From: a virus
Virus record (IMG/VR): IMGVR_UViG_3300022752_002834
Coordinates: 32,001 to 96,000 of that record
DNA: 64,000 bases
Reading direction: 5' to 3' (one strand)
In this document: in pieces, positions 40,658 through 48,520 of the stretch
Layout: each line of letters opens with the position of its first letter
Numbering within the stretch: position 1 is the stretch's first letter
Notes under the pieces: generated by a model
The model's database searches: none
Told to the model about the DNA's origin: nothing
The model's input: only the letters and a program-made list of their open reading frames with translations
Program-made: the position numbers and the translations under genes

Positions 40658-41315
40658 TTTTAGAACCTTTTCTAATGTTATCCAAACCCCAAAGTGGTTG
40701 TAGATTTGTGTAATGCCATGCTAAGTGTAGTTTATTCTCTAGCTCATCTTGATCCTTTATATTTTCGAAGTCAAAAGAAGCAAGAGGTTTTATATGGTCT
40801 ATATGCCAGCCATCGGAATTTTTCTTATTTGGCCTCCCATAATTTGACCAAGACATACCATTATTGAATTTAGATTCTAAATACTGTTTAAATTCTTCTA
40901 TTGAACAGCCGAGATATTTTGTTGAATTTGATGTTTTTTGTATATCCTTTATACATCTATTAATACACACTCTAATATTGTGTATTATTTTTGTTGACCC
41001 GTCTTTTTGCCCCAAGATTTTTCGTCTTTCAGATTTTGATTTATATCTAGTTTTTTCATATGTCTGTAATTTTTCTATATTTTGTGACCTATATTTCTTA
41101 GCATAGCTCAAGAGTTTTCCCCTATGTTCTATATAATAATCTTTAGTTTTTTGATTCAAGGCTATTTTATTTTTCAGATAAAATTCATTCGAAGAACTTT
41201 TTCTGCATTCTTTACAGTGGCTATGAAAATTATTGAGTTTCTTATGAAAGAACTCTTTCGTCATCGGTTTTATGACTCCGCAAACAGTGCAGGTTTTTTC
41301 ATTTATATCGCACAT
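40638..41315 (-). CDS. HNH homing endonuclease between nrdA and nrdB
   Basis: N-terminal CTVC..CKEC, then YLGCS..F...LE..F..GMSWSNYG...WHIDHIKP...HYTNLQPLW...N..K. Confidence 0.85.
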   Translation of the reverse strand: MCDINEKTCTVCGVIKPMTKEFFHKKLNNFHSHCKECRKSSSNEFYLKNKIALNQKTKDYYIEHRGKLLSYAKKYRSQNIEKLQTYEKTRYKSKSERRKILGQKDGSTKIIHNIRVCINRCIKDIQKTSNSTKYLGCSIEEFKQYLESKFNNGMSWSNYGRPNKKNSDGWHIDHIKPLASFDFENIKDQDELENKLHLAWHYTNLQPLWGLDNIRKGSKSENNFE

Positions 41316-43528
41316 GATCCACCAGCACAAGAGTCTTTCTCTGTCTGACCATCTCCATCCGGCGTATTGCAGTAATAAAAATTTTTGATGCCGTACTTAA
41401 AACCATAAATTTGATCTTTAATTAAGATGCTCAAGGGTATATTGCCGTCAGGATAATGAGCATAGTTATAGTAAAGATTTACGCTAATGCTCATGTCTAC
41501 GAATTTTTGTAATACCGCACAAATATTCAGTATGGCCTTATTATCCTTCATTTCCCAAGCTAGGGTATAGTAGTTTTTTCTAGAGCCGTAATTTGGTACT
41601 AGCTGCTTGAGAACGCCGTTTTTAGCCTTCTTGTAAGAAACTAGGCTTCTGACAGGTTCTATTCCGTTTGTGCTGTTCTGGATGACGCTAGAGGACTCAC
41701 ATGGCATAATAGCAGTTAGGGTAGAATGTCTTAGCCCGTGAGTCTTTATTCTTTCTCTCAAACCTTCCCAATCCATAGTATACTCTGGGTTAACCAGTTC
41801 GTCAACTGTTTTTTTGTACCAATCTATTGGTAGCAAACCTTGTGCGTACTTGGTGTCTTGGAACTTATTGCACGGTCCAAGTTTTTCTGCTAATTTGCAA
41901 GATTCATTTAGTAAATTCCATTGAACTTTTTCCATTGTGGAATGTACTAGCTTCAGCGTGTCTGCATCGTCATACTTTAATTTATTCTTTGCTAGATAAG
42001 CCGCAAAGTTTGTTATGCCTATACCAAGCGATCTACGATTTTTTGTAAAATTTTCTCCAGCAAGAACTGGATAATCTTGATAATCTATCACACTTTCTAA
42101 CGTTTGAACAGCCATAGCACATGCCATCTGTATATCTTTATCGTCTTCCATCTCAAGTAAGTTTAGTGCTGATAGAATACAAATACCTATTTCTCCATCT
42201 GGATCATCTATAGAAGATATTGGTTCTGTTGGATGGATTATTTCTTGACATAAATTACTCATGTAAACAGGAACTAACCAAGATCCATGCTCATTCGCAT
42301 TATCAATATTCATTACATATATACGTCCAGTTTCTAATCTTTCTTTTGCAAATATCTCTGCTAATTTTCTAGCACTAATCTTTTTCTTCATCTTGACATA
42401 TCTATTGTTTTCATATTTCTCATATAGCTTTTTGAAATCCTCATTATCATTCATAGAACTATACAAGCCGCCCGTTTCCTCTGGATTAAATAACGTAATG
42501 TCTTCGTTCTTAATTAAACGTTCATAGAATAGTTTATTAAACTGTACAGAGTAATCTAACTTGCGTACTCTATTATCGTCTGTTCCAGCATTATTCTTTA
42601 GCATCATTACATCTTCTATTTCATAATGCCAAAATGGAATATGTACCGTGGCAGAGCCTCCGCGAATACCGTTCTGGCTAGTTGCTTTTACAGTCGATTC
42701 AAATATCTTTAGGTATGGGATAAGACCTGTATGTATTACTTCTCCACCGCGAATGCTAGCGTTAATTGGCCTAATACGACCAATATTTAATCCTATACCG
42801 GCTCGTCGTGCTGTATACTTACCAACAGCGTGTATGCTTGAAAAAATAGAGTTTAGATCGTCATTAACATCTACCAATACGCAACTAGCGAATTGTTTAA
42901 TTTTCGTTCTTACGCCAGCCATAATGGGCGTGGGCAAGTTTATCTTAAATGTAGAAAAGCACTCATAAGCTTTTTTTACTTCTTCTACAGTATTGAACAA
43001 TGCCAATGCAATGCACATGTATGCAAATTGTGGTGTTTCGTAAATCTCGCCACTTGCACGGTTTTTTACAAGATACTTATCTATTAGTTGCTGCAATCCA
43101 GCATAAGTAAATAAATAGTCTCTATCATGATCTATAACATCATTGAGTATGTCTAATTGCTCATCAGACCATTTGGAGATCATATTTTTGTCGTACACAT
43201 CATTCTTTACATTTTTTTCTAGATGTTGTTTTAATGTTGGGGGATTGTCATATCTATCCCAAAGATCTTTTCTCAAAGACATATTTAGTAGCCTTGATGC
43301 TACATACTGATAGTTTGGCTTTGAGCTTGATGTTAAATCGTTTGCAGATTTGATTAGGATTTGATGAATCTCTCTTGTATTGATTCCATCTCTGAGAGAA
43401 AGATGAGCATTCATTTCTATGTCTGACCAAGACACATTGGATATGTCGCTTATAGCCCACTCCACAACCTTGTGTATCTTCTCTACATTATACTTTTCAA
43501 ATGAGCCATCTCTTTTCTGAACCTGCAT
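41303..43528 (-). CDS. nrdA: Class Ia ribonucleotide reductase alpha subunit with an ATP cone
   Basis: VQKRDG ATP cone, ETPQF, PTPIM, QFASC, SNLCQEI, ICILS, MPCESSS, TNGIEP and C-terminal CAGGSCAI. Confidence 0.97.
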   Translation of the reverse strand: MQVQKRDGSFEKYNVEKIHKVVEWAISDISNVSWSDIEMNAHLSLRDGINTREIHQILIKSANDLTSSSKPNYQYVASRLLNMSLRKDLWDRYDNPPTLKQHLEKNVKNDVYDKNMISKWSDEQLDILNDVIDHDRDYLFTYAGLQQLIDKYLVKNRASGEIYETPQFAYMCIALALFNTVEEVKKAYECFSTFKINLPTPIMAGVRTKIKQFASCVLVDVNDDLNSIFSSIHAVGKYTARRAGIGLNIGRIRPINASIRGGEVIHTGLIPYLKIFESTVKATSQNGIRGGSATVHIPFWHYEIEDVMMLKNNAGTDDNRVRKLDYSVQFNKLFYERLIKNEDITLFNPEETGGLYSSMNDNEDFKKLYEKYENNRYVKMKKKISARKLAEIFAKERLETGRIYVMNIDNANEHGSWLVPVYMSNLCQEIIHPTEPISSIDDPDGEIGICILSALNLLEMEDDKDIQMACAMAVQTLESVIDYQDYPVLAGENFTKNRRSLGIGITNFAAYLAKNKLKYDDADTLKLVHSTMEKVQWNLLNESCKLAEKLGPCNKFQDTKYAQGLLPIDWYKKTVDELVNPEYTMDWEGLRERIKTHGLRHSTLTAIMPCESSSVIQNSTNGIEPVRSLVSYKKAKNGVLKQLVPNYGSRKNYYTLAWEMKDNKAILNICAVLQKFVDMSISVNLYYNYAHYPDGNIPLSILIKDQIYGFKYGIKNFYYCNTPDGDGQTEKDSCAGGSCAI

Positions 43529-43567
43529 ATATATTATCCCCTATCTAATTCTATTAGAATAGAAAAA

Positions 43568-44188
43568 TCATTCAAAAATTTTTCTGAAAATCTTCTCAAC
43601 TATAAATTTGAGTATAACTGGCAATAGTACATAAAGCAATACGAACGTTAATATCGCAGAACCATGACGTTCTTCGTTCGCTATGTTGTCACGTATAAAA
43701 TCTTTGCACTGTTGTTTAAGAACCCTTTGTTCTTTTGGTGTGGTGTATGACAAAGCCGCATTGCTACGACTAGCTATTGTAGCCCACTCAGACCCGTATT
43801 GCAAGCATCTGTTTGCAAGTTTTTGTCTTTGTTCATCTCCATATTCTTTCATAATATCCTGTTGGATACTAGAAAAATCATACTGATTACCAAATAATTG
43901 TTCTTGTGTTTTATCATAAGAAAAATCGATATCTGGTAAATATTTTAATTTTATCGTGCCACCATCTTTACCAAGAGACAGTCCGTTTACGTGGGCCGAT
44001 AAAGTTATGATCCTTTTCCAGCTAATCTTTGGACAATCATTAACAAAGTCTAACGATATTGTATCGTCTTTTTTTGTGACTTTGATGTTTAACGGTTGTG
44101 GAAATTTGATGTTCATATTATTGAACACATATCCACTATCAGAGAAAATTTGATATATTATATCACGAATGTTTTTTAAGTCTATCAT
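43568..44188 (-). CDS. Membrane protein with a C-terminal transmembrane anchor
   Basis: Hydrophobic segment SAILTFVLLYVLLPVILKFIV. Confidence 0.6.
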   Translation of the reverse strand: MIDLKNIRDIIYQIFSDSGYVFNNMNIKFPQPLNIKVTKKDDTISLDFVNDCPKISWKRIITLSAHVNGLSLGKDGGTIKLKYLPDIDFSYDKTQEQLFGNQYDFSSIQQDIMKEYGDEQRQKLANRCLQYGSEWATIASRSNAALSYTTPKEQRVLKQQCKDFIRDNIANEERHGSAILTFVLLYVLLPVILKFIVEKIFRKIFE

Positions 44189-44647
44189 TTATTTTTGTAT
44201 TAAGGCCCAAGCTAGTCCCATAAATTTTGCAGAAATATCTTGTTTTTCTTCTTTTGTCAGAATATGATTATCTGAACCTATCGAAGATTCCAATAATTTT
44301 ACAAGTTCAACATCTAAGTTTTTGTATTTATCCACAAGATCGTTATTGAAAAATTTTGATCCTGCTAAGACATATACATCATTTACCTGTTGATTGTTTG
44401 TATTATACGATACAACTCTATTTGCAAACTCTTGATTAAAAATAGCCAATTTAGCTCTGTCCGTTGGGTCGGTAATTAATTTACCAATTGGTCCAACGAT
44501 AGATATGATATCGTCTGTTGGTTTTTCTATATTTAGAATAGCAACATCATCGACTTGTGGCTTTTGATTTAGCTGTATAGCTAGAACACAACCAAATAGT
44601 ATTAATGATACTGCTACTAGATTTTTTATATTAAGAAACAACTTCAT
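44189..44647 (-). CDS. Signal-anchored, probably exported helical protein
   Basis: N-terminal LVAVSLILFGCVLAIQL. GGAG RBS before MKLFLN. Confidence 0.6.
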   Translation of the reverse strand: MKLFLNIKNLVAVSLILFGCVLAIQLNQKPQVDDVAILNIEKPTDDIISIVGPIGKLITDPTDRAKLAIFNQEFANRVVSYNTNNQQVNDVYVLAGSKFFNNDLVDKYKNLDVELVKLLESSIGSDNHILTKEEKQDISAKFMGLAWALIQK

Positions 44648-44921
44648 CTTCAAGAACTCCATTTAAAAGTGGAAAAACTTCATCAAGTTTGTCCGAGGCT
44701 GTTTTCAACTCAAAAGCATCGCATTTTTCTTTTAATTGATACCACAGACCAACTATGTGTAGGAATTCTTCTTCTTTATTACTGATTTTTTTGCTTGTTT
44801 TATTTGTGCCGAAGAACGTCTTGGAAATTAGATACGAAAAATCTATCATATTAGATAGAAGTATTAAAACTCCTAAACCTATCGAACCATAAACTAAATA
44901 AATTAGATTCATAACTATCAC
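44631..44921 (-). CDS. Small membrane protein
   Basis: N-terminal TM segment LIYLVYGSIGLGVLILLS. Confidence 0.6.
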   Translation of the reverse strand: MIVMNLIYLVYGSIGLGVLILLSNMIDFSYLISKTFFGTNKTSKKISNKEEEFLHIVGLWYQLKEKCDAFELKTASDKLDEVFPLLNGVLEDEVVS

Positions 44922-45223
44922 CTTCTTGTTGTTTTACCATGAAACGGGCAAACTGTTTTATGACCATCGCCCTGTACTATGACGCCGGTTCCCTTGCAAA
45001 CGCATTTTGCTGGGTCTTCATTGGTTCCATCGTCTGGCTTTGGAACAATGTCTACAATAAATATTTCTTTTTCAGCCTTGTCAAATGATTCCTTACAAGA
45101 AGTTTTCCATTCTTCCACATAAGATGAGTACATATTAGTTATGTCTTCATCGTTTATGAAACAAAAGTTAGAATTGCAGCATCCTGCAATTATCAGTAAA
45201 GTTGCTATCCAAAAGTATTTCAT
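44918..45223 (-). CDS. Putative lipoprotein with a C-terminal Cys/His motif
   Basis: MKYFWIATLLIIAG-C lipobox, and CVCKGTG...GDGHKTVCPFH. Confidence 0.6.
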   Translation of the reverse strand: MKYFWIATLLIIAGCCNSNFCFINDEDITNMYSSYVEEWKTSCKESFDKAEKEIFIVDIVPKPDDGTNEDPAKCVCKGTGVIVQGDGHKTVCPFHGKTTRR

Positions 45224-45224
45224 A

Positions 45225-45440
45225 TTATGACCCCGATGTTGCCACATTGTAATAGTATATATCATCAAATCTATTTGTATATTTACTCTCTAGATTTGAG
45301 TATGTAAAACTTGACTCGTAAGTTGAATCTAGATTTTCGAATTGGCCTGTTCTTTGACAGAATACAACACACGTTGCATTCTTTATTGTTTCTACGCCAC
45401 TGACAACATTAGTTACCACATCTATAGTTGATATAGGCAT
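45225..45440 (-). CDS. Small protein, tandem paralogue B
   Basis: 62/71 aa identical to 45455..45691 by manual alignment. AGGAG RBS. Confidence 0.8.
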   Translation of the reverse strand: MPISTIDVVTNVVSGVETIKNATCVVFCQRTGQFENLDSTYESSFTYSNLESKYTNRFDDIYYYNVATSGS

Positions 45441-45454
45441 TTATGTACTCCTTA

Positions 45455-45691
45455 TTATATATCGCCGTCGATTATAACGCAACCAGAATTTGTAACGTTA
45501 TAATAGTAGATATCATCAAATCTATTTGTATATTTGTTTTCTAAATCTGAATATGTAAAGGATGACTCGTAAGTTGAGCCTAAAGTATTAAATTGACCAG
45601 TTCTTTGGCAAAATACAACACAGGTTGCATTTTTTATAGTCTCTACTCCAGAAACTACATTTGTAACCACATCAGTAGTTGATATTGGCAT
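45455..45691 (-). CDS. Small protein, tandem paralogue A
   Basis: Paralogue of 45225..45440. AAGGAG RBS. Confidence 0.8.
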   Translation of the reverse strand: MPISTTDVVTNVVSGVETIKNATCVVFCQRTGQFNTLGSTYESSFTYSDLENKYTNRFDDIYYYNVTNSGCVIIDGDI

Positions 45692-45706
45692 TTTTTCTCC
45701 TTCGTA

Positions 45707-48175
45707 TTAAACTATACCAAGAATATTCGATCCGTTTACACCTTTTCCATATTGGAATTCTATATCCCCATATGTCCCATCATATCCATTACTTATCATT
45801 TCTTCTGCTGATGACAAAGCGAATGTGCCAGTTCCCGTTATCGTACCACCCCTATTTGTTGCTAAATTTTCAAACAACGCATTCCCAGTAATAGTGGCTC
45901 CGGTTCCTAAATATGTTTCTTCACTAAAAGTAGCTAAATTACTAACTGTGATATTCACATTCTCAATATATGGATAACTTCCATAAGTATTTAGATCATA
46001 AGCAGCAGCACTTATAGACGGACTACTTGTGACATTACTTTGTATTATCACACTTCTATATGGTATAATATCTGGCGGAACATCATTAACTGGCAAAGTA
46101 TTTGCCGCATCAAAATACCAGTTATTTGGATTGCTCCAGTCTCCATTTGCGGTCATACCAAAATATATAGCTCCGTATCCATAGTATGTGATGAAACCCG
46201 TTACTGTTCCACCAATTGGATTTTCTGATGGATAATAAACGTCCACATCACCATTAATTGTGCCATCATTATAAGAACTATCTTGAAATACTGCTGGTAC
46301 TCCAGCATATGGATTTATTATTCCTTGATTATTAGATAGATCGTTAAAAGTAATTCTATAATAACCATTATATTGTGATTGCGTTAATGTTGCCCCGCTT
46401 ACAAGATAAGAACTATCATTAAAATTCGCATAATCACAAGTTATATTGATATTAATAAATGTCGATGAAACATAAACCCCATTTACTGTTAACGATGCAA
46501 CTGTAGTGTCTAAGTCTCCGGTATTGCTGGCTACGCTGGCTTCTATGACCACATTATCTTTAGATATCGCGGGATTTGGGGCGTATGTTGAACTTCCACC
46601 ACCCGCTGTTGCGGTATACCAAAAATTTCCACCCCAATCTTCGCTACTACCGGTATGATAAAAATATACTGTTCGTGATGGATATCCACTATATAATAGT
46701 GAACCATTTATTGTGCCACCATATGTGAATGGTAGCGAATGATCATAGTACACGGTAACATCTAATGTAACTGTGCCACCACTGAAAGTACTATTGTTAT
46801 AGAACGATGCATTTCCTGTTATTGTGCCAGAATAAAAATCAGAATTATCTTCAAAAACCACATTTCCAATTATAGAACCTGCTCCACTGTATATGCCGTT
46901 ACTACCAAGCGAACTAGTTCCTTTAAACGTTACTGTTCCAGAAGCTGTTAATGTATTATTACCAATAATAAAAGAATCATTTTGAAACTCAGCATCAACA
47001 CACTCTATATTAGGTCCACTAAACATGTTTGTGCCTATATATCCATTAGAAATTGTAATTTTTGATGTTACATATAAAGTTATGACTGTATTTACAGCAA
47101 ATTCTGCATTTATAGTAGCATTATTACAATATAAAGTACTTGTAGTGCCATAAATATATTGATCAATAATTACATCTTGACTGCTTGATGGAACTTCATT
47201 TGCTTGTTGGGTATATCCACTATCAATCCACCAGTTTAATCTGTTATTCCAGTCTCCATCTGTAGTAGCATTATTATAATATAGTGTTGGATAATTACTA
47301 TAATATATTGATCCATATATTGATCCAGTATTTCCATTACTGTTATCAAATGGGGTGGCATGAGGATAAATAACTATAGCATCGCCAGTTACTGTACCAC
47401 TATTGGTAGAATTATCGTTAAAATAAGTATTATCGCCATAAGTATAACCAGCATTTTCTGAATAGTTATTGAATGTGGTATTATTATTTATAGATCCTCC
47501 ATCATCACTATTTATACTCCTATCATTAAATGTTGTTGGATAATTTATTGCTCCATAATTTTGTGAAGTGTTATTAAATATAACGGTCCCACCTTCTCCG
47601 TCGCCAATGTATCCACTATTATATGAGCTATCATTAAATGTAACATCAAATTGTAAAGTACCATCTGTTTGATTGTATGATGAGTTATAAAATGTTCCAA
47701 TTCCATATACTATACTATTATTATATGATGAGTTATTGAATGTTGCATTTCCATTAATTGTTCCATTATTATAAGAAGAATCATTAAATATTGCATTATT
47801 TTCTACAATACCTGCGGTACTGTTATATGAGGTACTATAGAATGTGGCATCTCCAGCTATTGTGCCTTCATTATAAGAACTATCTAATAGAGAAACATTA
47901 CCAGTAATAGTATTCAACAATCCAGATTCAAGATTAGCAGATAACCCTTCTGATACAGTAACAGGTACAGCAAGAACACAGTCATATATAGAAATAGATA
48001 ATACTGATATAGGATCTCCAGAATTACTATTAACGGTTGCATATATATAAGCAGTATCTTCACTTGATGGTAAGTTTTCAGCTGGTGTTGTATATGTGCT
48101 ATCCATCCACCAATTACCAAGTTCATTCCAATCATTATCTACAGCGCCATTAAAATAATAAATTATATCAGCCAT
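45707..48175 (-). CDS. Repeat-rich beta-helix/adhesin-like virion protein
   Basis: Many ~19-aa FNDSSYNxGxIxG-type repeats and four modules beginning Y(Y/F)...(G)DW....NW. Rich in N/S/G/T/Y. Confidence 0.65.
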   Translation of the reverse strand: MADIIYYFNGAVDNDWNELGNWWMDSTYTTPAENLPSSEDTAYIYATVNSNSGDPISVLSISIYDCVLAVPVTVSEGLSANLESGLLNTITGNVSLLDSSYNEGTIAGDATFYSTSYNSTAGIVENNAIFNDSSYNNGTINGNATFNNSSYNNSIVYGIGTFYNSSYNQTDGTLQFDVTFNDSSYNSGYIGDGEGGTVIFNNTSQNYGAINYPTTFNDRSINSDDGGSINNNTTFNNYSENAGYTYGDNTYFNDNSTNSGTVTGDAIVIYPHATPFDNSNGNTGSIYGSIYYSNYPTLYYNNATTDGDWNNRLNWWIDSGYTQQANEVPSSSQDVIIDQYIYGTTSTLYCNNATINAEFAVNTVITLYVTSKITISNGYIGTNMFSGPNIECVDAEFQNDSFIIGNNTLTASGTVTFKGTSSLGSNGIYSGAGSIIGNVVFEDNSDFYSGTITGNASFYNNSTFSGGTVTLDVTVYYDHSLPFTYGGTINGSLLYSGYPSRTVYFYHTGSSEDWGGNFWYTATAGGGSSTYAPNPAISKDNVVIEASVASNTGDLDTTVASLTVNGVYVSSTFININITCDYANFNDSSYLVSGATLTQSQYNGYYRITFNDLSNNQGIINPYAGVPAVFQDSSYNDGTINGDVDVYYPSENPIGGTVTGFITYYGYGAIYFGMTANGDWSNPNNWYFDAANTLPVNDVPPDIIPYRSVIIQSNVTSSPSISAAAYDLNTYGSYPYIENVNITVSNLATFSEETYLGTGATITGNALFENLATNRGGTITGTGTFALSSAEEMISNGYDGTYGDIEFQYGKGVNGSNILGIV

Positions 48176-48184
48176 TTTATATCC

Positions 48185-48505
48185 TTATTTTAGTGATTTA
48201 ACAATTATTTCATGATTTGGAACAAGAGTTTTTAATACTGAGGCTGGATCATTACCAAGAACCTCTAAAACTCTATTTTCTAATTGCTCTTGAGTATAAT
48301 CACCAATAGCATCATAATTTTCTCCGCTCCATAATAATAATGGTTTTGGAAAAGGAGTTATTCTAACACTACAAGTTTTTTTATTCACATCATCAAGAAT
48401 AAGTAATTTTAATGATGATAATGTTATTGGTGGTAAAGTTTTAAAAGATCCGTCGCGTTTTAGTATAGGATCAACATTAACAACTATCGAATTAGTTAAA
48501 TTCAT
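48185..48505 (-). CDS. Small protein in the fibre cassette, possibly a fibre chaperone or accessory factor
   Basis: LLLWSGENYDAIGDYTQEQLENRVLEVL. Located between two fibre-like genes. Confidence 0.5.
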   Translation of the reverse strand: MNLTNSIVVNVDPILKRDGSFKTLPPITLSSLKLLILDDVNKKTCSVRITPFPKPLLLWSGENYDAIGDYTQEQLENRVLEVLGNDPASVLKTLVPNHEIIVKSLK

Positions 48506-48520
48506 AAATTTTCTCCACTA

